Assembly (NCBI GenBank): GCA_965219995.1 | Contig: CBDCOX010000002.1 | Span: 5,280,001-5,344,000, forward strand | DNA length: 64,000 bases | DNA from: Candidatus Latescibacterota bacterium | GTDB lineage: Bacteria > Latescibacterota > UBA2968 > GCA-2709665 | Reading direction: 5' to 3' | Shown: piece by piece, positions 41,022 to 50,540 of the stretch | Layout of the letters: the number at the start of each line of letters is the position of its first letter | How positions within the stretch are numbered: the stretch's first letter is position 1 | Program-made: the position numbers and the translations under genes | The notes under the pieces: model-generated | Databases searched by the model: none | What the model was told of the DNA's origin: nothing | Seen by the model: only the letters and a program-made list of their open reading frames with translations

Positions 41022-41288
41022 TTAGAGGCCGAGCTCGCGGTCCGTGGGATCGGCGAGCAGGTCGGCGTGGGCGGTCTCCGCCGTCATGCCCTCGAGCAGT
41101 ACGCTCTCGCTTTCGGGAAAGCGGAAGGAGCGAACGCTGCCGGCCGCGCGCCTGACCGTAAAGCCCTCGTTGTCGACATCCACCGTGACGCGCATGCCCG
41201 GCTCGAATCGTGGCAGTTCCGCCATGGCGCCGGTGACCCGCAACGCCAGGCTATTGCCCCACTTCTTGATCTCTGTTTCGACGCGCAC
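41022..41288 (-). CDS. mazE: MazE/AbrB family antitoxin
   Basis: IKKWGNSLALRV. Confidence 0.9.
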   Translation of the reverse strand: MRVETEIKKWGNSLALRVTGAMAELPRFEPGMRVTVDVDNEGFTVRRAAGSVRSFRFPESESVLLEGMTAETAHADLLADPTDRELGL

Positions 41289-41316
41289 CTCTCGCCCCGG
41301 CGATTGGCGGACAAGC

Positions 41317-41346
41317 AGTGTATCCAGTGTAGATACAAAGCGTCAA
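41317..41346 (-). promoter_or_regulatory. Putative mazEF promoter and operator
   Basis: TTGACG-18nt-TACACT on minus strand overlapping TGTATC-N7-GATACA (41319-41337). Confidence 0.6.
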
Positions 41347-42173
41347 GCCCCGTCCTCCGCGCCGTCCTCCCACACCAGCGGGTACTGCGCGCTGTGCAGG
41401 GGGTCGCCGTCCCTGAGCGTGCCGTTCCGCAAGTCCCTGTTGGTGCCCGGGCGGCTCGAATACGTGACGTCGTCGCCGGTGTAGCGGACCGCATAGCCGC
41501 GCCGCCGCACCCGTTCGCTGGCGTTGCCGCCGGCGCCGTGCAGCACGAGGGCATGAAAGGCGTAGACGTCGCCGGGTTCGAGATCGAAGCTGAAGATGTC
41601 GTAGTCGCCCCGGGCCGACTCGACATCGGGCGCCGGCTCGTAGTCCGGGTTGCTCTCGTAGCCGTCGAGGCCGGTGCGCCCGAACACCTCCGGCTGGTAG
41701 AACCGTCCCCCGCGATGCGAGCCGCGCACGAACTCCACCGCACCCGTTCCGGCGGAGGTGGGATCGAGCGCCACCCAGAACGACAGGATCTGGTGCCCGT
41801 CGACGGGCCAGTAGGGCTGGTCGTTGTGCCAGCGGGTGCGGTTGAGCGTGCCCGGTTCCTTCACGAAGAGCTGGTCGTAGAGCAGGTTGATCTTGTGGCA
41901 ACGGAGTATCTCCGCGGCCATCCGCGGCAGCGGCGACTCGAAGCAGAAACGCCGGAAGCCGTCGTGGAACTCCCAGGTACGCACGTTCCCGTGAAAGCGG
42001 CCCTGCCCGTCCTCCGGCTCGTAGCCGTGATAGAAGGACCCAGGGTTCGCGATGTCGTCCTCGATGGCGTCGGCCAGAACCCCCAGCCATGCCGCGTCCA
42101 CCACGCCGCGCAGGGCGATCGCCCCGTCCGCGTGGAAGGCTTCGATGTCGCTTCGGCTGACGCGCATGCCCAT
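41343..42173 (-). CDS. Phytanoyl-CoA dioxygenase (PhyH) family protein
   Basis: VKEPG, WHNDQPYW, FWVALD, GSH, LHGAGGN. Confidence 0.92.
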   Translation of the reverse strand: MGMRVSRSDIEAFHADGAIALRGVVDAAWLGVLADAIEDDIANPGSFYHGYEPEDGQGRFHGNVRTWEFHDGFRRFCFESPLPRMAAEILRCHKINLLYDQLFVKEPGTLNRTRWHNDQPYWPVDGHQILSFWVALDPTSAGTGAVEFVRGSHRGGRFYQPEVFGRTGLDGYESNPDYEPAPDVESARGDYDIFSFDLEPGDVYAFHALVLHGAGGNASERVRRRGYAVRYTGDDVTYSSRPGTNRDLRNGTLRDGDPLHSAQYPLVWEDGAEDGA

Positions 42174-42277
42174 AACGTAAGGGACGCGCCGACCCCGCGC
42201 CACCCCTACCCCGCGTCACCCGCGCTGTGGGGGCCGGTCCCGAACTGCGTCTGTTCGGGGCGAGAGGAGGAAGCCCC

Positions 42278-43334
42278 ATGCCATACGATCCCTTTCCGCG
42301 CGGCGACTTCCCGGTCGGCGTCAGGCACGTCGACCTGGACGACGACGGACGACATGTTCCCCTGGAGGTCTGGTTCCCGGCGACGGATGACCACCGGGGG
42401 CAGGATCTCGCGGCCGACACGCAGGACGTGATCTCCTTCGAGCCCCCGAGTCCCTGGCGACCCAGGAGTCAGGCCGCGGTCCGCGACGCAACGCCGCGGG
42501 ATGCCGTGTTTCCGCTCGTCATCTACTCCCACGGCGGCGCCGATTCACGCTTCAGCGCCGGTTTTCTGGCGACCCACCTCGCCAGCCATGGCCATGTCGT
42601 CGCGGCCGCCGATTCATCCGGATGACAACAAGGTCGTCCTGCCGGGAGACGAATACGACCTGGCGCAGGTGCGGCAGTCGCGTCCCCGGGACATCCGGTT
42701 CGTGACGGACCGGCTGACCGGAGGCGCAGCGGGTGACGACGTGATGTTCGACGCCGACAGGATCGGCCTCACGGGCGTCAGTTTCGGCGGCTGGACGACG
42801 TTGATGATGTTGCAGGAGGACGACCGCTTTTCCGCGGCCGTCCCCTTGACGCCCGGTTTGGGCGACAGCCCTCTTTCTCCCGGCATGGCCGACAACAGGG
42901 CCGTACTCGATCTCGATGCCTGGCCGAGAGCGGTTCCCACCCTGGTGGTCGCCGGGGACCGGGACGCGCTGGTCCTGATCGACGCGATGCGCGCCCTGTT
43001 TCGGGACCTGCCGGAACCCAAGCGGATGGTCGAGATTCACGACATCGGTCACTTCCAGTTCGTCGAGCATTGCGAGGAGCGGCACGACGCGTTCGTCGAG
43101 CAGTTGAGGGCCGACGGCGCATTCGTACCCGGCCTCGACGTCGAGGTCATGCTGCAGACGGTGGGACATCACGAAGACATGCTGGCCACGGACAAGGCGC
43201 ACGCCGTCATGCAAGCGCTGCTCCTCGCCCACATGGACGCGCATCTGAAAGACAACGGCGACGCCGCAGGCTACCTGGGAGCCGGTCTCGAGAGCCGCAT
43301 CGCTGACCATGGCGTCGAAATCACCGCCGCGTAA
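42278..43334 (+). pseudogene. Alpha/beta hydrolase (PAF-AH/chlorophyllase-like) with +1 frameshift near 42614
   Basis: FPLVIYSHG..LASHGHVVAAAD, then an extra T (gat-t-cat-ccg), then HPDDN..RPRDI..GVSFGG in the next frame; may be a sequencing error. Confidence 0.8.
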
Positions 43335-43353
43335 GCCAGAGGAGACTCGCCCG

Positions 43354-45864
43354 GTGTACGCACGACCTTCCTTCCGAGTTCCCTCCCTTGCAGGACTCTT
43401 CGTCCTTTCGCTTGCCGGCTGCGCGCCGGCCGAGCGGGCCGATGGCGTCCAACCCGAAACCGGGCCGCTGACGGCGGCCGACTACACCGCCGCCGCGGCG
43501 CTGCTCGAAGGGAACGTCGCCGGCCTCGTGAAGAACGCCCGCGTCCAACCGCACTGGCTGGGCGACACGGGGCGGTTCTGGTACCGGCGGGATACCGGGG
43601 CAGGGCACGAGTACGTCGTCTTCGATGCCGGGAACGGGGAGAAGACCCCGGCCTTCGACCACGACGCCGCGGCGGTCGCCATCAGCGAGGCGCTCGACCT
43701 TGAAGGACCTCTGGATGCAGGCAGCCTTCCACTGGGGACGCTGACGCTGGCGGACGATCTCACGAGCCTGGAAGCCGACGTGGGTGCAGGCGCCGAATCG
43801 CAGCGCGTGACCTGCACGTTGCAGCCCTTGTCCTGCACCCCGGCGCCGGGCGCGGACACGCAGGCAGACCACCTGGTCTCCCCAGACGGCCGTACCGCCG
43901 TCCTCGCGCGGGACGACAATCTCCACGCCATCGACCTCGAGACCGGCGACGAACGCGCCCTGACCGCCGACGGGTCGCCCGGCCTCTCCTACGGCAAGTG
44001 GCCCGACACCTCGCTGATCACCATACCGCGCAGGAAGACGGACTGGCCGCTGCCGCCCTACATGACGGCCTGGTCCCCCGACAGCCGTTACCTGATCGCG
44101 CCCCGCATCGACGAACGGCGCCTGCCGGCGATGCCCTTCGTCGAGTGGGTGCCGACGGACGGGTCGCGCCGGCCCTCGGTGCACAACGTGCGCATGCCGA
44201 TCGCCGGGGATGCCGACACCCTCGGGATCGACTTCTTTGCCATCGATATCCAGACCGGCGCCAGCGTGCCCATTGCGTTGCCCGAGGGGCACCGGGTGAA
44301 CAGCCTCCTCGACGCCGGCGTGCTCGGCTGGAGCACGGCCCGCCACCAGGCGTTCATGGTGGTCGCCACCGCCGATGCCCAGTCCGCCGCGCTCTTGCGC
44401 GTGGATCTCGCAACGGGCGAGGCCACGCCCGTGATCGAGGAGACGTCCGAAGTTCGCCTCGAGACGAACACGCTCATGTACAACCGGCCCAACATCCGTC
44501 TGCTCGGCGACGGCGACGAGGTCGTTTGGTACTCCGACCGGGGCGGCTGGGGGCACCTGTACCTTTACGATGCGCAGTCCGGGGACCTCAAGGGCGCGAT
44601 CACCTCCGGGGCATGGGCGGTGTTCGACATACACGCGCTCGACGAGGAGGCCCGGGAGATCTACTTCACCGCCGGCGGCCGCGAAGCCGGGCGCGACCCC
44701 TACTTCCGGCACCTGTACCGCGCGTCACTCGAACGGGCCGCGCAGGTTGGCGGCGACGTCTTCCTGCTGACGCCCGACGACGCCGACCACATGATCCCGG
44801 CGGAGCCGATTCCGCTGTTCACCGTGCTGTACGGGACCGCGCCCGGCGAACCCCTAGTGCGGCCGGACCTCGGCCTCCTCATCGACACCTGGTCCACCGT
44901 GGACCGGCCGCCGGTCACCGTCCTGCGTTCCACCCGGGACGGCAGCATCGTCGCCGAGCTGGAGCAGGCCGATGCGGGTGCGCTCTACGCCGCCGGCTGG
45001 CAGGCGCCGGTGCGCCGGCTCGTCAAGGCCGCCGACGGCGAAACGGACATCGCCACCGTCTACTACGCCCCGGCACGCGCCCTGCCCGGCGGCCGGCACC
45101 CGGTCATCGATTCCGCGTACGGCGGTCCGCAGGTCTACGTCGCGCCGCGCAACTTCATGGAGGCGCACCTGGGCAGGAACCCCGTGGGCGAGAGCGCCCT
45201 GGCGCGCCTCGGTTTCGCCGTCGCCGTCACGGACGCGCGCGGCACGCCGGGACGCGGCAACGCGTTCCGGAACGCCGGTTACACCGAGTTCACCCAGGTC
45301 GGCATCGACGACCACATCGCCGCCATCCGGCACCTGGCCGGGCAACACCCGGAGATCGACCTCGAACGGGCCGGCGTCTACGGCTGGTCCTGGGGCGGCA
45401 CGTTCGCGGCGCAGGCCATCCTGAGCCGTCCCGCGTTCTACGGTGTTTCGGTCTCCGGGGCGGGCGTCTACGACTACGCGGCCATCTACCCGGGCTTCGA
45501 GGCGATGACCGGCGCGCCGGTCTACGAGGACGGCTCCGCTGAGCGCACCGCGCCCGACGCATACCCGGCCAACTGGGCACCCCTGGACATCACCGCGCTC
45601 GCGGGGAACCTGAACGGGCACCTCCTGCTCATCTATGGCGACCTGGACGAAAACGTGCCTCCGGTGCAGGTCTTCCGGCTGATCGACGCACTGGTCGCGG
45701 CCAACAAGCCCTACGACCTGCTCGCGTTACCCAACCGCGCCCACGGCGCCGCCGGCGAGGGTTACGTCATCCAACGCACCTGGGACTACTTCGTCAGGCA
45801 CCTGCACGGCATGGAGCCGCCGCGCGACGTCACCGTGACCAATGCGCCGGGGCCGCTCCTGTGA
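43354..45864 (+). CDS. S9 dipeptidyl-peptidase IV-like lipoprotein
   Basis: GTG after GAGGAG; LAGC lipobox; YGGPQ, DARGT, GWSWGG, GDLDENV, RAH. Confidence 0.92.
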   Translation: MYARPSFRVPSLAGLFVLSLAGCAPAERADGVQPETGPLTAADYTAAAALLEGNVAGLVKNARVQPHWLGDTGRFWYRRDTGAGHEYVVFDAGNGEKTPAFDHDAAAVAISEALDLEGPLDAGSLPLGTLTLADDLTSLEADVGAGAESQRVTCTLQPLSCTPAPGADTQADHLVSPDGRTAVLARDDNLHAIDLETGDERALTADGSPGLSYGKWPDTSLITIPRRKTDWPLPPYMTAWSPDSRYLIAPRIDERRLPAMPFVEWVPTDGSRRPSVHNVRMPIAGDADTLGIDFFAIDIQTGASVPIALPEGHRVNSLLDAGVLGWSTARHQAFMVVATADAQSAALLRVDLATGEATPVIEETSEVRLETNTLMYNRPNIRLLGDGDEVVWYSDRGGWGHLYLYDAQSGDLKGAITSGAWAVFDIHALDEEAREIYFTAGGREAGRDPYFRHLYRASLERAAQVGGDVFLLTPDDADHMIPAEPIPLFTVLYGTAPGEPLVRPDLGLLIDTWSTVDRPPVTVLRSTRDGSIVAELEQADAGALYAAGWQAPVRRLVKAADGETDIATVYYAPARALPGGRHPVIDSAYGGPQVYVAPRNFMEAHLGRNPVGESALARLGFAVAVTDARGTPGRGNAFRNAGYTEFTQVGIDDHIAAIRHLAGQHPEIDLERAGVYGWSWGGTFAAQAILSRPAFYGVSVSGAGVYDYAAIYPGFEAMTGAPVYEDGSAERTAPDAYPANWAPLDITALAGNLNGHLLLIYGDLDENVPPVQVFRLIDALVAANKPYDLLALPNRAHGAAGEGYVIQRTWDYFVRHLHGMEPPRDVTVTNAPGPLL

Positions 45865-45941
45865 GGGCGACGACGCCCCGCTGCGTCCATCCGGGGGTCC
45901 CCTTCGGGAGCGGAACGGCATGATCGTGTTCTTCTTGCGAG

Positions 45942-46552
45942 GGCTCCGGCGGCGTCTCCACCACCTCCGACCCCCTGGAGGGCACGCAGTTCTCCGACGA
46001 CGAGGTGCGCGCCATCGTCGAGGAAGTGGAGAACCACCGGGTGTCCTGCACGGCACCCTGATCGAACCGGACACCGCCGCCATGGCCGCGGAGGCGGGCA
46101 CCAGCATCGTGCCGACCCTGGCCGTGATGGCCGCGCTGGTCGACCATGGCCGGGAACTCGGCTACCCGGAGGAATCCCTCGCGAAGCTCGACACGGTCAA
46201 GGACGAAGCCGTCGACCGGCTCCGCCACATGAAGTCCGCGGGCGTGCGGGTAGGCTTCGGCACCGACCTGATCGGGGCGCCGCTGCAGAAGATGCAGTGC
46301 ATCGAGTTCGGCCTGCGCAAACCGGTCTTCAGCAATCTCGAGATCCTGCGCCAGATCACGGCGGTGAACGCCGAGATCCTCGACGCCACGGGCGACATCG
46401 GCGAGATCGCCGAGGGCGCCTACGCGGACCTGCTCGTGGTGGACGGCAACCCGCTCGAGGACCTCAAGGTCCTGGAGCGCGACGGGGCCGGCATTCCCGT
46501 GGTGATGAAGGGTGGGGAGTTCCACCGCAACCGGCTGGAGGAAGCAGCATGA
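45942..46552 (+). pseudogene. C-terminal remnant of a metal-dependent amidohydrolase
   Basis: SGGVSTTSDP..QFSDDEVRAIVEE, then frameshifting deletion to HGTL..IVPTL..FGTDL..ADLLVVDGNPLED; N-terminus absent. Confidence 0.82.
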
Positions 46553-47079
46553 AGCACCCATTGAAGCGGGCGACTGCCTGCCTTTTGCTGGCGGCAGCGG
46601 TTTCGGCCGTTGCGCAGACCGCGTCGGAGGCGCCGGTCGACCTCAGCCTGGTGACCCACAACGCCGTCACCATCGCCGCTCCGGCGGAGCGCATCTGGCC
46701 GCACATCGTCGAACCCGACGCCTGGAAGGCGGGCGCGCAACTGGTGCCCGTCGAGGGCTCGGAACACCGTTTCCAGGCGGTGATGCCGAACGACCCCGAC
46801 ACCCCCCTGTTCCACGTCTCGAACGTCGAGTTCGACCCGCCGGCCCGGCGCACCATCCGGCTGAACGCGCTCGACGGCGCGCTGATCGGCTTCGCGACGT
46901 GGGAACTGACCCCGGCGAACGGCGGTACGCGCGTCGCGTACCACGTCTACAGCCAGCAGCAGGCACCGCCCGGCAGCCCGGCGATCGACCGGGAAGCCTA
47001 CCTGGAGGACAACCGCACGCGGTTCCAGGACGAACTGAACGCGCTCAAGGCGCTCGTCGATCCGCCTCCCGGGGGCTGA
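46549..47079 (+). CDS. Secreted SRPBCC/START-like protein
   Basis: Signal peptide; VTIAAPAERIW, WELTP..GGTRV, LNALKALV. Confidence 0.75.
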   Translation: MKHPLKRATACLLLAAAVSAVAQTASEAPVDLSLVTHNAVTIAAPAERIWPHIVEPDAWKAGAQLVPVEGSEHRFQAVMPNDPDTPLFHVSNVEFDPPARRTIRLNALDGALIGFATWELTPANGGTRVAYHVYSQQQAPPGSPAIDREAYLEDNRTRFQDELNALKALVDPPPGG

Positions 47080-47109
47080 TCCGGGCGCCGCGCCGGGCAA
47101 GGCTCCCTC

Positions 47110-49281
47110 CTAGAAGCCTCCCCGGACGCTGATGCCGATCGTCCGCGGCTGCTGCAGATAGAACTCCGCCAGGGCTCCGATGGGTCGGGTAAGTACGTTC
47201 TCTTCTTCCGTGAGATTATCGACAAAGAAATGGACGCTCCAGGTTTCCCTCATTGCCCCGACGCGCAAGTTCAGCGTCACCAGACCATCGTTCGTCTCGC
47301 TCTCATTAGGATAGCCAAACCCGCGTATATTGACTTCGGTGTCGTCTGACGCCATGTAATCGGCGCGTACATGACCCGTGAATCCCGCGGGGAGTCCGAA
47401 GGTATAATCCGCCGAAATGGAGTACGTAAACTCCGGCACCGAGTCCATGGGTTCACCGGCCATGTGCGTCAGAGTATCCTCGGTATACTCCCCATCGTTA
47501 AGCCCGTAGCTCGCCTCGAGGTAGAATCTCTCGCTAAAGCGAAGTGAGCCCTGAAACTCGAGTCCGCGCACCTCGGCCGCGCCACCGTTGGCGAAAGCTT
47601 GTATACCAAGTGGATTCGAGAAGTAAATTTGAATGTTCTCGTAATCCATGAAGAAGGCCGCGACTTCGTATCTGAAGGCTCCGTCACCCAGTACTCCTTT
47701 GGCCCCTACTTCCCAGGTAGAGAGATCTTCTGGATCAAACGTATTCGGCAAGCCGAGCGAGGCCTCGGAGTCGAAGAACTGCACACCGCCAGACCTGAAA
47801 CCCTGGCCGAAGCTGCCATAGGTCATGAGATCATCGTTGACTTCATACTTGAGTACAACCCTCGCCACGGTGGAATCATTGTCAAGGCCGTCGACCACCG
47901 AAAGCGGACCTCCAAACAGAGACACGATATTCTCCGATGCACGCTCATCGGTGTAATGGCGAACGCCGAGCGTGCCCTCCAGACGATCGGTGAACGAAAA
48001 CACAGCCTCGGCGAAGTAAGCCAGTGCTTCCGTTTCGATAAGCAGGTAGCCCTCGAGCGCTTGAACGGGCAGGACGTTTGGATCCGGGTAGTAGTCGGAA
48101 ACCAGCGGGGCGAAATGCTCTGAGTCCTTGTAGTACACGCCCGCCGTCAGCAGCCAATCGTCGGAGATATTCGCGTTTACCCTTACCTCCTGGGTAAGCG
48201 TTTCAACCACAGTGTCAAGCCAATATCCAATATTGGTGACGTAGTTCGGTACGGCGATGGCGTTGCCGAACAAGGGAGCCCAGTCCGTGTAACCCGGGAA
48301 AAACATCTCCACAAAGGCCTTGTACGGAGAAATATCAAAGGCGGTAATTACAGTGCGGTCCTGGTAACCGGTTGAACTCGTGATGGAGAAGTTGTCCAGC
48401 TCCCACTTGAGCACCAGATTCGCCATGTCATAGAACGTTTCACTTGGAACGGGATAGTAAGACGTCGATTGGAAATTCAGATCGCTGTATCCGAGCAGTG
48501 GAATCTCGTTTTCCTGTGTCTCCCACATGAGGCTGGCGGTGAATCGATCACTCGGCGTGAACACCGCCTTGGCGCGAATCAACCAGCGATCCGACGTATT
48601 GGCGTCATCGCCAAACAAAGTGCTGTCGACCCAGCCCGGGGTTTCTTCAAAGAACGCCGCAAGCCGCACTCCGAACACGTCGGAACCAAACGGCAGGTTC
48701 CCGGCGACCCAGCCTCGATAGCCATCACCGCCATCATCGACTGAACGGCCGCTTAGTTCGAAGATGCCGTCAATCTCTCCCGGGGTCGGGTTGCGCGTCA
48801 GGTACTTGACGGTGCCGCTGATCGACCCTTCGCCATAGAGGGTGCCCTGTGGTCCCTTGAGCACCTCGACGCGTTCGATATCGACAAGGGGGAAGGAGAG
48901 TCCGTAGCCCGTGGTCTCGGCGTTGATCGTCATCTCGTCAACGAGACGACCGACGGTGGGCAGCAGGCTGCCGGGAGGCGAGATCCCTCGAACCCGGATG
49001 GTCTCAACGATGCCGCCAAGGCTGCTGATGAACAGACTCGGGACCTTGAACTGGATGTCCGCGAGATTGACGGCCCCCATCGTTGCGACATCGTCCGCCG
49101 AGAGCGCCGAAACCGACATGGGGACTTCCATGAGCGACTGGTCCCGTTTCTGCGCAGTCACCACGATTTCTTCGATCACGGGCGCGTCGTCGTCTTCCTC
49201 GGCCGAAGCAACGGCGAAGGGCGTGAAGGCGAGCAGTGCCGCGAGCGCCAGGTCCCGCGGGATGAATCTGTTCAGGTGCAT
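47110..49281 (-). CDS. TonB-dependent receptor
   Basis: Signal peptide, EEIVVTAQKR, ERVEVLKGPQGTLYG, terminal F. Confidence 0.95.
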   Translation of the reverse strand: MHLNRFIPRDLALAALLAFTPFAVASAEEDDDAPVIEEIVVTAQKRDQSLMEVPMSVSALSADDVATMGAVNLADIQFKVPSLFISSLGGIVETIRVRGISPPGSLLPTVGRLVDEMTINAETTGYGLSFPLVDIERVEVLKGPQGTLYGEGSISGTVKYLTRNPTPGEIDGIFELSGRSVDDGGDGYRGWVAGNLPFGSDVFGVRLAAFFEETPGWVDSTLFGDDANTSDRWLIRAKAVFTPSDRFTASLMWETQENEIPLLGYSDLNFQSTSYYPVPSETFYDMANLVLKWELDNFSITSSTGYQDRTVITAFDISPYKAFVEMFFPGYTDWAPLFGNAIAVPNYVTNIGYWLDTVVETLTQEVRVNANISDDWLLTAGVYYKDSEHFAPLVSDYYPDPNVLPVQALEGYLLIETEALAYFAEAVFSFTDRLEGTLGVRHYTDERASENIVSLFGGPLSVVDGLDNDSTVARVVLKYEVNDDLMTYGSFGQGFRSGGVQFFDSEASLGLPNTFDPEDLSTWEVGAKGVLGDGAFRYEVAAFFMDYENIQIYFSNPLGIQAFANGGAAEVRGLEFQGSLRFSERFYLEASYGLNDGEYTEDTLTHMAGEPMDSVPEFTYSISADYTFGLPAGFTGHVRADYMASDDTEVNIRGFGYPNESETNDGLVTLNLRVGAMRETWSVHFFVDNLTEEENVLTRPIGALAEFYLQQPRTIGISVRGGF

Positions 49282-49361
49282 GATCTCTCCGTCATACGCG
49301 TTGCGGATCTCGCTCCGACAAGGATAGGACGCAGGACACCCGATTTCCCTCAGCCCGACCC

Positions 49362-50525
49362 TCAGGACTCCGCGGGAACGACCTGCACCGTCGCGCATCC
49401 GCCCAGTTCGATCTCCGCGGGGACGACGCGGGCGTGCAGCTTCTGGGTGTCACACGCCTTTTGCACGTACGCGACCACCTCCTTCCCCTCGGGTGAACTC
49501 GGCTGCACCGGATGCACCAGGCCGTCCGGGCGCAGCATGCACGGCACGAAGCCGATGCCGGTGATGCCGCCCGCCTCCACGCTTGCCCAGGCCATCAGCG
49601 TCATGCGCGACTCGGCGTGCAGCGGCAGCAGCGGCCATCCTTCCCGGGGCGCGACGCCGTAGAAGCTCGGGTCTTCGCCGGAGCCGCCCACCATCCTGAG
49701 CAGGTCCGGCGGTAGCTCCATGCGCAGGTCGAAAACGAAGTGCCCCAGCCCGTAAAGGATCGGCTTGCCCGCGTACCACTCCATGCCCCGCAGCACGTGG
49801 TGATGATGCCCGACGACCAGGTCCGCGCCCTCGTCGATGCAGAAGCGGGCGGTACGGACTTCGTGGTCGGTGAGGTGAAACGGCTTCATGAAGTCGCCCC
49901 AGTGGAAGGTCGCGATGACGAGATCCGCCCGCGCCCGGGCGTTCGCGATGTCCTCGCGCAGGTTGGCGACGTCCTCCTCGAAAGGAACGGTCTTCACGCG
50001 GGGCGCGCAGCCCGGGGCGTGGTAGTTGTCGTAGGCGTCCCGGAAGAGATTGTGCGCCCGCATCGGCGCGATGCCCGGCACCGCGGAGCGGGCTTCGTAG
50101 CCGGACGGGAAGATCGAGGCATAGCCGAGGAAGGCGATCCTCAGGCCGCCGGCCTCGACGATCGCCGGGGCCCGTGCTTCCGCCAGGTCGCGGCCCGCGC
50201 CGCAGGTCGCCACGCCCTGCTCGTTGAGGCGCGCCCGGGTGTCGAGCATGGCCGCGTGACCGCCGTCGACGATGTGGTTGTTGGCCATGGTCACCACATC
50301 GAATCCGCACTGCGCGTAGACATCGAGGTTCCGCGCGGCCGGCAGCACCTGCGCCGGCGCGCTCGGCGGCATGTGCGGATCGTCGGTGTACGGTCCCTCG
50401 AGGTTGGCGAACAGCACGTCGGTCGCGTCGAGCACCGGTTGCACCTTACTGAACACCTCCGGCGGATCCTCGCGGTCGACAAGGACATCGCCCACCAGTC
50501 CGAGGATCAGTTGCTCTTGGTTCAC
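49362..50525 (-). CDS. CapA/PgsA family metallophosphoesterase-fold protein
   Basis: VGD, ANLE, ANNH, HWG, GHHHHV, YGLGHFVFD. Confidence 0.9.
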   Translation of the reverse strand: MNQEQLILGLVGDVLVDREDPPEVFSKVQPVLDATDVLFANLEGPYTDDPHMPPSAPAQVLPAARNLDVYAQCGFDVVTMANNHIVDGGHAAMLDTRARLNEQGVATCGAGRDLAEARAPAIVEAGGLRIAFLGYASIFPSGYEARSAVPGIAPMRAHNLFRDAYDNYHAPGCAPRVKTVPFEEDVANLREDIANARARADLVIATFHWGDFMKPFHLTDHEVRTARFCIDEGADLVVGHHHHVLRGMEWYAGKPILYGLGHFVFDLRMELPPDLLRMVGGSGEDPSFYGVAPREGWPLLPLHAESRMTLMAWASVEAGGITGIGFVPCMLRPDGLVHPVQPSSPEGKEVVAYVQKACDTQKLHARVVPAEIELGGCATVQVVPAES

Positions 50526-50540
50526 AAACCCTTCCTCCAC

